Source: Myxococcales bacterium (lineage in GTDB: Bacteria; Myxococcota_A; UBA9042; UBA3505). Taken from it: a DNA stretch of 64,000 nt. A program made the position numbers and the translations under genes. Shown here piece after piece: positions 48,645 to 60,488 of the stretch. Every line of letters begins with the position of its first letter. The stretch's first letter is position 1. Below the pieces are notes generated by a model, which worked only from the letters and a program-made list of their open reading frames with translations, did no database searches and was not told where the DNA came from. The stretch spans positions 9,423 through 73,422 of the forward strand of contig CAUZEG010000002.1 of the NCBI GenBank assembly GCA_963578775.1. The letters run 5' to 3'.

Positions 48645-49743
48645 CATCGGAATCCAATCTGCCTTCAAACGAGCCCTGTTTTGCGTCGTTCTGATTGGCT
48701 CCTCGGCGTTGAATATCCGCGCATATGCCGGCTCATCCATGCGCACTCTGGCGGTACGCAATCTGGCGCCAGGCGGTAGCGGAATCTCGTTTGGGATCCG
48801 GCTGTCCGGCTCTCCCATGGAGGCGATCACCAAACAGGCCATCGCCGACGCCAAAGCACAAAACCCCCAGGTCGAACCGGTCTTCGACGTTCTCAAACAG
48901 GTCGATCCAGCTCCCCTGCAACAACTGAATATGAGTCAGATCCAGACGGAGCTACTCGCAATTCCCGGCCTTACTACCGCCCAGAAAGAGGCCATATCCG
49001 ACCTACCTCTCAACGAGCAGACCAAACAACAGGTACTCGCCGTACTGGAGATCCTCCAGGACAAAGAGGAGAGCTTCGCCTTTGCTGCATCTCCCTATGC
49101 GCAGATTCGATTCTCCGGCGGTATGCTAACGGCCGCCGTTCCCTTCGCTGCGTTCTATTTATCGGAGAGCACCGCCTACTCTATGGGCAATGTGAACCTG
49201 GACCTGCGCTTCTCCCACACCACACCCGGTCCTGCGTCTATTGGTCTGGCCTATGGGATTCATCTATACGCACCGACCGGAACCGAACGTGCCAACTCCA
49301 TAGCACTCAATAATGTGCTTGAAGGACCGGCGTACCTTCACGAATACCTGACTCCAGCAGTATATATAGTGCTAGCCGCGGACATGACGATCTTGAGTTT
49401 CATCGCCCATGGTGAAGTTGTACCCATGTTCGCGGTCCGTGGTTCTCCGGCCCAGGACCTGATGATCTATGGACGCTACGGATTCGGACTTGGCCTCAAC
49501 CTGGCGATTTTAAAAGCCCAGGTCGAAGTCGCCGCTACAAATAGCCTGAAATCTGCAAAGGCCTTTGAGACGATGGTGCTGTTGGCAAGTCTTGGCTTTG
49601 ATCTGGCGATACTTAGAACCCAGATTGGAGTCCAACTACCGCTCATCCCTATCGACTCCAGCGCCGCCGGGGCATTGCCAAGCGCGGACTTCAGTAGTGC
49701 ACCAGATTATACCCTGGTGCTTAATATGGAGTTTGGCTTCTAG
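48625..49743 (+). CDS. Outer-membrane beta-barrel protein (hypothetical). Overlaps the preceding gene by 20 nt, consistent with an operon partner.
   Basis: Signal peptide ...KRALFCVVLIGSSALNIRAYA. C-terminal ...LVLNMEFGF (terminal Phe). Confidence 0.5.
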   Translation: MTSGSNSIGIQSAFKRALFCVVLIGSSALNIRAYAGSSMRTLAVRNLAPGGSGISFGIRLSGSPMEAITKQAIADAKAQNPQVEPVFDVLKQVDPAPLQQLNMSQIQTELLAIPGLTTAQKEAISDLPLNEQTKQQVLAVLEILQDKEESFAFAASPYAQIRFSGGMLTAAVPFAAFYLSESTAYSMGNVNLDLRFSHTTPGPASIGLAYGIHLYAPTGTERANSIALNNVLEGPAYLHEYLTPAVYIVLAADMTILSFIAHGEVVPMFAVRGSPAQDLMIYGRYGFGLGLNLAILKAQVEVAATNSLKSAKAFETMVLLASLGFDLAILRTQIGVQLPLIPIDSSAAGALPSADFSSAPDYTLVLNMEFGF

Positions 49744-49760
49744 GTCTGGCTTCGGCCTGA

Positions 49761-50633
49761 TCACAAGTTGGGAACTGGCAAAAGTTCCGAATAATGTTCC
49801 GCCAACCAGGCACAGTCGGCTTCAGCATGCAGTCGTACCATCGTGAAATAGCTCTTTGCCGGATCCGGATCGACCACTGCAGACGGGTTTAACTCCTTCA
49901 ACTGGGCTGGCATGGATTCGAGCACAACCTGCTCCGTAGATACCGTTAGAATACCGGTGATGGTGTTCGCAGCAACGGCTTTTCCAACGAGCTCCGTTAA
50001 ATCTCGTTGCACAATATAGAGTTCTCCCGACGGAAAGCCGTCCAGCCGAATCGTCATCCCGGGATGTCCATCGCCGTCCTGGTCGATCACCCGGGGATCA
50101 TCAGGCGATGTTGGTAACTCCTCGGTTTCCGGGTCGGTCAGGCCGGTCAGCCCCGAAAGGGCGAGATGTTTCTCTGCGTTGTAGTCGAATGAGTCCGAAT
50201 CGTCTGCCGTATACGTTCCTGCCCGTGTATAGGAGTCGAGACCATCCACGTAGGCCTGCGGAATCACCGTTGTGGTTGGAACCTGTGGTGGCGACTCGTT
50301 CACAACCGCACATACTTCATGGGAAATCACCAGCGCAGTACCATTTTGTTCGTGGTGAACCAGATGATAGGTGAACACACGAAGCGCCATCGGCTGCGTC
50401 CCCGGCAGGGTTGCAATCAATGCCGTCACCTGTAGTTCGCCCCAGACACCCGACACATCATCGGACGGCGGGGAGACATCCGACGCTTGCAGGTCCTCCC
50501 CGTTGGTCTCTGGCCCTATGTCCACAACGACCTGATCCGCTGTGTCTGTCACATCCTCCTGGGTGCCTCCATTGCCACAAGCCGAGAGAGCAAACACCCA
50601 AACGGCCCAGAACCCAACTCTTCCCATTCTCAT
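49761..50633 (-). CDS. Hypothetical acidic lipoprotein.
   Basis: MRMGRVGFWAVWVFALSACGNGG (lipobox). Asp/Glu/Pro-rich mature N-terminus. Confidence 0.5.
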   Translation of the reverse strand: MRMGRVGFWAVWVFALSACGNGGTQEDVTDTADQVVVDIGPETNGEDLQASDVSPPSDDVSGVWGELQVTALIATLPGTQPMALRVFTYHLVHHEQNGTALVISHEVCAVVNESPPQVPTTTVIPQAYVDGLDSYTRAGTYTADDSDSFDYNAEKHLALSGLTGLTDPETEELPTSPDDPRVIDQDGDGHPGMTIRLDGFPSGELYIVQRDLTELVGKAVAANTITGILTVSTEQVVLESMPAQLKELNPSAVVDPDPAKSYFTMVRLHAEADCAWLAEHYSELLPVPNL

Positions 50634-50646
50634 CTCCCGTCTAATT

Positions 50647-52170
50647 CTAATGCCACATGGAGAGGCTCAACCCTGCGCCGAAGACCCAACCATTACTTGT
50701 AAAACCCGGATATCCCGGGTTGTTGGTCTGCAATCCCAGACCATCCTCAACCGCTTCGGTTGGATTGGTCGCATCGAGAACGGTTACCCCGTTTTCCGGA
50801 TCATGATCGGGAAACTCGTCCTTTATCTCTGCATCCACCTTGGTCACGCTGCGCTCCAGGAGGTGATGGACTTGAAACTGGAGACCAACCGATACCGGCA
50901 TCCCAACCCACGACGACCGAAACTCAATCCCACCACCCATTCGAACGCGGGCATTATCTACATAATTTGTGCGGCCATCCTGCGACAGAACTGGACTGGG
51001 AATATATCCAAGACTCACCCCCCCAGAAATGTCCGGACTATGGTACTGAACGATGACCGTCCCCGAAAATATGTCACGCCAATTGTCGGGTTCGGTTGAT
51101 CCGATTGGATTGCCGGCCTCGCCGTGACGGTTACGATATTGCGACCATCGTGCATATAGACCTTCTGCCCCGATGACCAGCCCCGTACCGGTCTTCTTCG
51201 TCTGGTCCCAGGCCAATCCGATCCCAATCCTCTGGGGCTCATATCCATAGGTGAATTGATACTCCTGGACAATTGTATCCTCACCCGCCGGGTAGGGGTA
51301 ATTCCAGAGCATCAGTTCATTTGAACCCTTAAGGGGGTTCTCGGTGGGCGCATGCCATGTCAATCCAACGCGGGTCTGTGGTGTTGGGGTCGCCGCGATG
51401 CCCAGATAGGGTGTGACACCATTCTCCACGGAAATATCCGAGTTGAGCAGCACATGGCTCTGATCCAGGCCATCGGGTACATAGACGGGTGTTGAAGCAC
51501 GGGTATGCATCTCCATCGAGGCCCCCACCCCGACGGCCAGCCAAGGCATAATCCTCGCTCCCAACCCGAAGCAGACACTGGTCATAAGAAGTCGATCACC
51601 ATAGAGCTCGTGATGCAGCCGGTTGGAGAAATACTGTTCCCGTTCATCCGTAAACGAGGCCCTTTGGACCTGGATATTGGTCGCGGGTAACAGAGCATAG
51701 ATACCCAGAGCAAAACGCGAATCCATAAATTTTCGGACCAGCCCCAGGCTCAAGTACGGACGAACATCCTCTCCCACCGGGTCGGTTCGCGGAATTAGAT
51801 CATCCGACGCAAGGGGGGGCATCGTCAAAGGCACCTGTGTACCATCGTCGAACACAAGGATATGATAGATGCTATCCGCCACATCCGTGGCCGCCGGCTT
51901 GGGCGACCGCTGAATAGAAAGCTGTGTGCCAACAGCCATAAAACTCAAATCCAGGGACCGTTTCGCATCCACCAACAGCGCCGGGTTGAAATAGGTCACG
52001 GCGCTGTTGGAACCAATGGTCCGGATACCAAAGAAACCGTGTCCGGTGGGTGCCCCCAGAAGCTCCAGCACACTGGAGGCCTGGGCTCCCACCGGAAGCA
52101 GGGTCGTCAACCCGAGTACACCGGCCACGATAGCCTTTCGCATCGCGGATGCCGGTGTGCTCTTCCTCAT
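50647..52170 (-). CDS. FadL/TodX/OmpP1-family outer-membrane hydrophobic-compound transporter (putative).
   Basis: Start is likely the internal Met (MRKSTPASAMRKAIVAGVLGLTTLLPVGAQA) rather than the track start at 52236. N-terminal G..G...NPALL motif (GHGFFGIRTIGSNSAVTYFNPALLVDAKR), compared with E. coli FadL SGLGRAYSGEGA...SRNPALITMFDR. C-terminal ...MWH. Confidence 0.5.
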   Translation of the reverse strand: MRKSTPASAMRKAIVAGVLGLTTLLPVGAQASSVLELLGAPTGHGFFGIRTIGSNSAVTYFNPALLVDAKRSLDLSFMAVGTQLSIQRSPKPAATDVADSIYHILVFDDGTQVPLTMPPLASDDLIPRTDPVGEDVRPYLSLGLVRKFMDSRFALGIYALLPATNIQVQRASFTDEREQYFSNRLHHELYGDRLLMTSVCFGLGARIMPWLAVGVGASMEMHTRASTPVYVPDGLDQSHVLLNSDISVENGVTPYLGIAATPTPQTRVGLTWHAPTENPLKGSNELMLWNYPYPAGEDTIVQEYQFTYGYEPQRIGIGLAWDQTKKTGTGLVIGAEGLYARWSQYRNRHGEAGNPIGSTEPDNWRDIFSGTVIVQYHSPDISGGVSLGYIPSPVLSQDGRTNYVDNARVRMGGGIEFRSSWVGMPVSVGLQFQVHHLLERSVTKVDAEIKDEFPDHDPENGVTVLDATNPTEAVEDGLGLQTNNPGYPGFTSNGWVFGAGLSLSMWH

Positions 52171-52241
52171 TCGCTCTCCAACCTGTTCTGGCCCGTAGTC
52201 GAACTTTGCCACAGTACTCTGGAGACTCCAAACCACGCAAC

Positions 52242-54302
52242 CTACCTACGGCTTTTCTTTCGTTTCCGGGGTCGCCGTAACTGGGGCGCGGCAGAGCCAG
52301 CCGATCCGGGTTGTAACCCCAAAGCCGCTTCTTCCAGTCGATTGAGTTCGTCCCGTAACCGAGCCGCACGCTCGAAATCCAGGTCATGAGCCGCTTGCCA
52401 CATATCGTCACGTAGTTCGCCACAACGAACCTTTACTGCGGCTTGATCGTTGACATCCAGACCAGAGCTATCTTCAGAGGCCATCGCAAAACGGTCGCCC
52501 ATATCTCGAACCGGCTTAACAATCGACGTCGGCGTAATACCTTCAACCCGGTTTCGCTCATGCTGTAGGACACGCCGGCGTTCCGTCTCGTCAAGGGCAA
52601 TACGCATAGAACCCGTGATCTTATCTGCATACATAATGACCTCGCCGCCCACATTTCGCGAGGCACGTCCGATGGTCTGAATCAATGACCGTACACTCCG
52701 AAGGAACCCCTCCTTGTCAGCATCTAAGATGGCCACAAGCGAAACCTCGGGTATGTCGAGACCTTCCCGCAGCAGATTGATCCCCACCAGAACATCGAAC
52801 TCGGCATTTCGCAGTCCGCGAATGATTTCCATCCGCTCCAGGGTATGAATGTCGCTGTGCATATATCGAACCCGAACACCCAGTTCATGGTAATACTCGG
52901 TGAGGTGTTCCGCGAGGCGCTTAGTCAAAGTCGTTACAAGCACCCGTTCCTTCCGCTCAACACGTTGGCGGATCTCGAATAGCAGATCGTCGACCTGGTT
53001 CTTGACTGGGCGTACCGATACGGTCGGATCCAGCAGACCCGTCGGACGTACGATCTGCTGGACCACCTGGCCTCCTGTTCGCTCAAGCTCGTAGTTACCA
53101 GGAGTAGCGCTGACGTATGTCACCTGGTTGATTCGCTGCACGAACTCTTCGAACATAAGGGGGCGATTATCCAAGGCCGACGGAAGTCGAAACCCATGTT
53201 CGACAAGCGTTTCCTTCCGAGACCGATCGCCTCGCCACATGGCCCCAACTTGAGGAACCGTCACATGGCTCTCGTCGATGAACATAAGATAATCATCGGG
53301 AAAATAATCCAATAGGGTGGGAGGGGCATCCCCCTCCTTGCGACCGGTCATATGCCGACTATAGTTTTCGATTCCATTGCAATGCCCGGTTTGCTCCATC
53401 ATCTCCAAATCGAACATGGTCCTCTGCTCGAGACGCTGCGCCTCAAGTAGCTTGTCCGCATCTCGCAAGGCTCGCAGGCGCTCGCCCAGTTCCAGACGAA
53501 TCGATTGTATGGCACGCTCTCGGTGCTCCGCGAAGGTCACATAGTGGCTGGCCGGAAAGATGGCGACCTTGTCACACTCGGTCGTTACCGATCCCGTAAG
53601 AGGGTCAAAGCTCGCGATCCGGTCGATCTCATCTCCAAACCATTCGATTCGAATCGCGTCTACATCTTGCGAGGCGGGCACGATCTCGAGCACATCGCCG
53701 CGAACCCGAAACATGCCACGATACAGATCATAGTCGTTTCGCTCGTACTGGATCTCCACAAGCTTACGAATGATCGTATCCCGATCTACGGTCTGGCCCT
53801 TCTCCAACTGTACCAGAAGTCCATAATAGGCCTCCGCACTACCGATACCGTAGATGCACGAAACACTGGCAACGATAATTACATCCCGTCGGGTCAGAAG
53901 AGACTGGGTGGCCGCATGTCGCATACGATCAATCGTGTCATTGATCATTGCGTCCTTCTCAATAAATGTGTCGGTTACCGGTACATACGCTTCCGGTTGA
54001 TAATAATCATAATACGAGACGAAATATTCGACGGCGTTCTCAGGAAAGAGCTCTCTAAATTCCTGGTAGAGTTGGGCCGCCAGAGTTTTATTCGGCGCCA
54101 AGACCAGTGATGGTCGCCCCATCTCTGCAATGACATGGGCCATTGTGAACGTCTTGCCGCTACCCGTTACGCCCAGCAACACCTGTTCAGTCAAAGCCTC
54201 GGGGGCGGTGTCCGTGGCCTCGAAAGCGGATACAAGCGCACGAATTGCCTCGGGTTGATCTCCCCGGGGCGTATGGTCAGTTTGCAATGAAAAAATCGAC
54301 AT
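52242..54302 (-). CDS. uvrB: Excinuclease ABC subunit B.
   Basis: ...[14 protein letters not shown]...; ...YVSATPG...; C-terminal UVR domain ...LEEAAL... Confidence 0.95.
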   Translation of the reverse strand: MSIFSLQTDHTPRGDQPEAIRALVSAFEATDTAPEALTEQVLLGVTGSGKTFTMAHVIAEMGRPSLVLAPNKTLAAQLYQEFRELFPENAVEYFVSYYDYYQPEAYVPVTDTFIEKDAMINDTIDRMRHAATQSLLTRRDVIIVASVSCIYGIGSAEAYYGLLVQLEKGQTVDRDTIIRKLVEIQYERNDYDLYRGMFRVRGDVLEIVPASQDVDAIRIEWFGDEIDRIASFDPLTGSVTTECDKVAIFPASHYVTFAEHRERAIQSIRLELGERLRALRDADKLLEAQRLEQRTMFDLEMMEQTGHCNGIENYSRHMTGRKEGDAPPTLLDYFPDDYLMFIDESHVTVPQVGAMWRGDRSRKETLVEHGFRLPSALDNRPLMFEEFVQRINQVTYVSATPGNYELERTGGQVVQQIVRPTGLLDPTVSVRPVKNQVDDLLFEIRQRVERKERVLVTTLTKRLAEHLTEYYHELGVRVRYMHSDIHTLERMEIIRGLRNAEFDVLVGINLLREGLDIPEVSLVAILDADKEGFLRSVRSLIQTIGRASRNVGGEVIMYADKITGSMRIALDETERRRVLQHERNRVEGITPTSIVKPVRDMGDRFAMASEDSSGLDVNDQAAVKVRCGELRDDMWQAAHDLDFERAARLRDELNRLEEAALGLQPGSAGSAAPQLRRPRKRKKSRR

Positions 54303-54479
54303 CGATCACCTGGTGGTCCGCTTCGTCACTTCGCCCCCGCGTTGGGCCCTCAACCATCCGTAAGATATCCAGACGCATATGGACAGCAATTCATGCCCTT
54401 GCGATGTATTAGTACCTTGACACCTACTGTTTCGCCATGCTAGCCGGGGGACCCCTCTTTTAGTAGCCCCGTCAGATTC

Positions 54480-54953
54480 ATGCTCATATTATCTGAGTTC
54501 AGCCAAGTACAGGCCAAATTGCTGGTGTCTGGAATGGTCGATGTGGACAAAACTATTTTCGTCCAACTCGCGATCTTTCTAGTGCTGATCGTGCTTTTGA
54601 AGGTCATTCTCTACGATCCCTTTCTCAAGCTCGAAGAAACGCGTGAGGAAGCAACCACGGGAGCCAGAGAGACCGCTGCCAAGGTTCGTGTGCAATGCAG
54701 AACCCTGGAGAAGGACATTGAAGAGAAGATCAATGACGCCCGGTTGCAAGGAACCCAATTACGAGACGAACTCAAAGCCGCGGGGCAACGGGTCGCCGAC
54801 GAACAGGTGCAGGACACCCGTACGAAAACAGACGAAAGTGTCCGCGCTGAGTTGATGGAATTGAAGGCCGCCGAATCGGGAGCTCGGGCCGTACTATCCA
54901 CCGAGGCACGACGGCTTGCCGATCTCGCCGCCGACCGGATTCTCGAGGGTTGA
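54480..54953 (+). CDS. atpF: F0F1 ATP synthase subunit b' (second b-type subunit).
   Basis: Single N-terminal TM helix IFVQLAIFLVLIVLL, then a long charged coiled-coil. First gene of the atp cluster. Confidence 0.7.
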   Translation: MLILSEFSQVQAKLLVSGMVDVDKTIFVQLAIFLVLIVLLKVILYDPFLKLEETREEATTGARETAAKVRVQCRTLEKDIEEKINDARLQGTQLRDELKAAGQRVADEQVQDTRTKTDESVRAELMELKAAESGARAVLSTEARRLADLAADRILEG

Positions 54954-55522
54954 TCATGCGCATTGTCATCTTCACACTCCTGGGACTTCTGACACCGAGT
55001 CTGGCGTTTGCGAGTGGAAGTTCGTTTGACGCGCTTACATTCTGGGGCTTCGTCGTAAACTTCCTTGTCCTTGTGGGACTCGTCGTCTTTTTGACCCGCA
55101 AAAAGATCCAGGGCTTTTTCGCCCACCGGAGCTGGAGCGTCGGTAAAGAGCTGGAGGAAGCCCAGGCCGTCTACACGGAGGCGCAGGAACTCCTGAAGAC
55201 ATATGAAGAGCGCATCGGCGACCTCGACGCCGAGAGCCAGAAGATTCTTGCGCAATTCCGAGCCGATGGCGAGAGCGAAAAGAAGCGCATTATCGAAGAA
55301 GCACAACGTGAATCGGGGCGCCTACAGAAAGAGGCACAGTTCCGTATTCAGCAAGAGGCGAAGAATGCCCGCGAGCGGCTTCTGAAGGAAGTCGTCCCCA
55401 TCGCATTGGAACAAGCCGAAGAGGCCATCAAAGGTCGGCTGGACGGTACGACCCGCGATCGATTGATTGCGGAAGGAATCGAGCAGTTGAAACAGATTAA
55501 ACCCGAACAGGTCATCCACTAA
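54950..55522 (+). CDS. atpF: F0F1 ATP synthase subunit b.
   Basis: N-terminal TM FWGFVVNFLVLVGLVVFL, then a coiled-coil (EEAQ...KEAQ repeats). The ATGA overlap with the upstream b' gene indicates coupling. Confidence 0.8.
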   Translation: MIMRIVIFTLLGLLTPSLAFASGSSFDALTFWGFVVNFLVLVGLVVFLTRKKIQGFFAHRSWSVGKELEEAQAVYTEAQELLKTYEERIGDLDAESQKILAQFRADGESEKKRIIEEAQRESGRLQKEAQFRIQQEAKNARERLLKEVVPIALEQAEEAIKGRLDGTTRDRLIAEGIEQLKQIKPEQVIH

Positions 55523-55543
55523 CCACGGTCGAAGGTCCCCATC

Positions 55544-56092
55544 GTGCAACATCGTCGCATTGCAAAACGCTACGCTCGCTCTCTCTTCCTGGCTGGGAAA
55601 AAGTCCAAGCTAACGGATACGTTCGAACAAGAGTTGGCACTGTTTGGGACGGTGGTACGCGATACGGCGGGGTTGGTAGAATTCCTCAGTAATCCGACCC
55701 AGTCGGCCCAGAGGAAGTCCGAACTCTTCGCAACCGTGACGAAAAAGAACCCGGTGAGCGAAGATTTTCAACGCTTTCTGGATCTGCTCGTTACGAATGA
55801 GCGAGCACAGCTTCTTCCCCAGATCCATATAGAATTTCAAGAACTCTTGAATAAGGAACGGAAAGCCCTTCAAGGAACCGTCGGATCGGCTACCCCGCTC
55901 ACAAGCGAACAATTACAGAATATCACTACGGCTCTGGAGTCGAGCACAGGATATTCCGTAGAGCTCGAAAACTACGTGAATGAAGACTTTATTGCGGGGT
56001 TCCGCGTAGAGGTGGGCGATGTTGTCCTGGACAACACCGTCGCAGGTCAACTGAACCAGCTGACAGAGAACCTCTTAAAGGCATCCCTGTAG
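55544..56092 (+). CDS. atpH: F0F1 ATP synthase subunit delta (OSCP).
   Basis: ...IAKRYARSLF... at the N-terminus. Position between b and alpha. Confidence 0.85.
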   Translation: MQHRRIAKRYARSLFLAGKKSKLTDTFEQELALFGTVVRDTAGLVEFLSNPTQSAQRKSELFATVTKKNPVSEDFQRFLDLLVTNERAQLLPQIHIEFQELLNKERKALQGTVGSATPLTSEQLQNITTALESSTGYSVELENYVNEDFIAGFRVEVGDVVLDNTVAGQLNQLTENLLKASL

Positions 56093-56151
56093 TGCCGTAT
56101 GCACTACAAAACAACCCCAACGAACGACTGACAACATCGAGGTTGTAGCAA

Positions 56152-57696
56152 ATGGAACTCAAGATTGGTGAAATCACAAGCGTTCTCGAATCGCAGATCA
56201 GCGCGTATAATCGCGAGATCGATGTGGAAGAAACCGGCACCGTGATCATGGCCGGTGATGGCATTGCACGCGTACACGGGCTGAAGAAAGCGCAGGCTGG
56301 AGAACTCGTGGAACTACCCCATGACGTGAAAGGCGTTGTGTTGAACCTTGAAGAGGACAATGTGGGCCTCGCCCTCTTCGGAGAAGTCGAAAAGATCTCC
56401 GAAGGGACAATCGTCAAACGATCGGGTCGTATTCTGGACGTTCCGGTGGGTAAAGCCCTGCTCGGACGCGTAGTCAACTCCCTTGGTGAACCACTGGACG
56501 GAAAAGGCCCAATCGAAACGGACGACCGACGCCTCGTGGAAATCAAAGCTCCGGGTATCGTAAGTCGAAAGAGCGTACACCAGCCGCTACAAACTGGACT
56601 CAAAGCAATCGATGCCCTCGTCCCCATCGGACGAGGACAACGCGAACTGATCATTGGTGATCGCCAGACTGGAAAGACGGCCGTGGCAATCGACACCATC
56701 ATCAATCAGAAGAAAGGTTTTGACTCCGGCGACCCGGTTTATTGCATCTACGTCGCTGTAGGCCAGAAGCAGTCCACCGTCGCGCAGGTGGTGTCCACCC
56801 TCGAACAACATGGCGCGATGGCCTATACCACCGTCGTAGCAGCGACCGCAGCGGAAGCGGCCCCCATCCAGTTCTTTGCGCCGTACAGTGGCTGCACCAT
56901 GGGTGAGTATTTCCGGGATAACGGAATGCATGCACTCATTATTTACGATGATCTCAGCAAACAAGCGGTCGCCTATCGCCAGCTTTCTCTGTTGCTTCGC
57001 CGACCACCGGGTCGTGAGGCCTTTCCTGGCGACGTCTTCTATCTTCATAGTCGACTTCTGGAACGCGCCGCCAAGCTCAGTGATGAATGCGGCGGGGGTT
57101 CGCTGACGGCTCTGCCCATCATTGAAACACAGGCGGGGGATGTGTCGGCATATATCCCCACCAATGTGATTTCTATTACCGATGGTCAGATTTTCCTCGA
57201 AACGGACCTCTTCTTCAAAGGGATCCGACCCGCCATCAACGTGGGCTTATCCGTAAGTCGTGTGGGTGGTAACGCCCAGACAAAACTGGTGAAGAAAATC
57301 GCGGGGACCGCACGTCTCGAGCTGGCCCAGTACCGGGAGTTGGAAGCATTCTCCCAGTTCGCATCCGATCTCGACCCATCGACTCGAAAGCAACTCGAAG
57401 GTGGTGCTCGCCTTACGGAAATCCTGAAACAGAACCAATATGCACCTCTTCCATTCGAGAAGCAGGCCCTGATCCTATGGGCCGCCACGGCCCCGGAGGA
57501 GTATCTGATGAAGTACTCGATCAACGATCTCGAACGCTATGAGAAGGAGCTCTACGACTTCGTCGACAGCCGCCACGCGGATCTTCTTAAGGAGATGCGG
57601 GATGTCGGCGCTTTCACCGATCCTATCAAAGAAAAGATGACGGCCGTGCTTACGGAGTTCGACGGCATCTTCCAAGTCGGCGACAAAGCCGCGTAA
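56152..57696 (+). CDS. atpA: F0F1 ATP synthase subunit alpha.
   Basis: ...[19 protein letters not shown]... (P-loop) and overall alpha-subunit sequence. Confidence 0.97.
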   Translation: MELKIGEITSVLESQISAYNREIDVEETGTVIMAGDGIARVHGLKKAQAGELVELPHDVKGVVLNLEEDNVGLALFGEVEKISEGTIVKRSGRILDVPVGKALLGRVVNSLGEPLDGKGPIETDDRRLVEIKAPGIVSRKSVHQPLQTGLKAIDALVPIGRGQRELIIGDRQTGKTAVAIDTIINQKKGFDSGDPVYCIYVAVGQKQSTVAQVVSTLEQHGAMAYTTVVAATAAEAAPIQFFAPYSGCTMGEYFRDNGMHALIIYDDLSKQAVAYRQLSLLLRRPPGREAFPGDVFYLHSRLLERAAKLSDECGGGSLTALPIIETQAGDVSAYIPTNVISITDGQIFLETDLFFKGIRPAINVGLSVSRVGGNAQTKLVKKIAGTARLELAQYRELEAFSQFASDLDPSTRKQLEGGARLTEILKQNQYAPLPFEKQALILWAATAPEEYLMKYSINDLERYEKELYDFVDSRHADLLKEMRDVGAFTDPIKEKMTAVLTEFDGIFQVGDKAA

Positions 57697-57716
57697 TGCG
57701 TTGATGGAGTTAACGT

Positions 57717-58610
57717 ATGGCCTCCCTTAAAGAACTTCGTACTCGGATTCAATCCGTAAAGAACACGCAGAAGATCACCAAAGCCATGAAAATGGTGGCG
57801 GCTTCGAAACTGCGCACGGCCCAGGAGCGTCTGGAACGAATGCGCCCCTATGCCCATGGTGTACATGATATGATAGCCCAGGTCGCATGTCGGGCCGAAG
57901 AGGGAGATCACCCACTTCTGGAACGACGACCGCGCAAGCGAGCCCAGATTCTGGTTCTAACGAGTGATAGGGGGCTTTGCGGCGGCTTTAACAGTGCGAT
58001 CCTGAAGAAAACGCAGGCCTATCTGGATGGGGTGACTGAGAACGCAAGCGAAGAAGTTGCAAGAGACGAGCACGAATATCTTGAGCTGGCTCTCATCGGG
58101 AGAAAAGCCATCGAGTACTTCAAGCGCCGTGATTATGAGGTTCGACAAACCTATCTTGAAGTGCTCATAGCCCCGTCTCTTGAAAAAGCCGCAGATATCG
58201 GAAGTAATCTTGTGGGGGATTACGTAGACGGAAAGCTCGACGCGGTCTACGTGGTCTATAACCAGTTCAAGAGCGCAATCAATCAGGAATTGGTTGTGGA
58301 ACAGGTGCTACCCATCGTGCCAAGTCTTGCCGATGTGTCCAAACCGATCGACTTCAAGTATGAGCCAAGTAAACGAGCGGTTTTGGATAATCTGCTTCCC
58401 ATGTATGTGAATGTCGAGATCTTCCGAATGGTCCTGGAGTCTCTCGCCAGTGAGATGGGAGCTCGCATGACGGCCATGGATAATGCCACCCGGAATGCAA
58501 CCGAATTGATCGACAAACTAACCTTGAATTACAACCGGGCCCGCCAAGCTGCCATCACAACAGAGCTGATGGAGATTACAAGTGGTTCCGAAGCCCTTAA
58601 GCAATCATAG
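57717..58610 (+). CDS. atpG: F0F1 ATP synthase subunit gamma.
   Basis: MASLKELRTRIQSVKNTQKITKAMKMVAASKLR... Confidence 0.95.
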   Translation: MASLKELRTRIQSVKNTQKITKAMKMVAASKLRTAQERLERMRPYAHGVHDMIAQVACRAEEGDHPLLERRPRKRAQILVLTSDRGLCGGFNSAILKKTQAYLDGVTENASEEVARDEHEYLELALIGRKAIEYFKRRDYEVRQTYLEVLIAPSLEKAADIGSNLVGDYVDGKLDAVYVVYNQFKSAINQELVVEQVLPIVPSLADVSKPIDFKYEPSKRAVLDNLLPMYVNVEIFRMVLESLASEMGARMTAMDNATRNATELIDKLTLNYNRARQAAITTELMEITSGSEALKQS

Positions 58611-58615
58611 CGTGA

Positions 58616-60040
<1,425 letters not shown>

Positions 60041-60066
60041 TCGGGACGACCTGTGGAGACGAACTG

Positions 60067-60480
60067 ATGAAAGCCAGAGGATTACATCTCACAATCAATA
60101 CACCCCATGGGATGAAGTATGACGGGGATGTCGAGGCTGTCCGCCTGATTACCGGCCTGGGGCAGGTTGAAGTGCGTCCGGATCATGAACCAATGATCAT
60201 GACTTTGGACATTGGTGAGGCCAATCTTTTATCGTCTGGAAATCAAGAAAATATGGCTCTCAATTTGGGCTATGTGGAGATCCTGGATAACCGCGTCGAA
60301 ATCGTCACAGAGTCGGCCGAGGCCAGCGCTGACATCGATGTTGACCGGGCCCAGAAATCCAAAGAGCGAGCCGAGAAACAGCTCGCTGAGCTTGATCCAA
60401 TCGTCGATGTGGAGCGCTACAAGCTGGTAGAGGACAAGATCGAACGCGCCACCGTTCGTATCGCTGTGGCGTCCCAATAA
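60067..60480 (+). CDS. atpC: F0F1 ATP synthase subunit epsilon.
   Basis: Start at the internal ATG 60067 (MKARGLHLTINTPHGMKYDGDVEAVRL...). The track's ORF from 59986 would overlap atpD by 55 nt. Confidence 0.85.
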   Translation: MKARGLHLTINTPHGMKYDGDVEAVRLITGLGQVEVRPDHEPMIMTLDIGEANLLSSGNQENMALNLGYVEILDNRVEIVTESAEASADIDVDRAQKSKERAEKQLAELDPIVDVERYKLVEDKIERATVRIAVASQ

Positions 60481-60488
60481 GGCCGTCG

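Noticed and set aside
55989-56705. 238-aa minus-strand ORF spanning atpH/atpA, and the 153-aa ORF at 56587..57048.
   Set aside because: They are antisense to the ATP synthase delta/alpha genes. The products are Ser/Pro/Arg-rich with no domain features.
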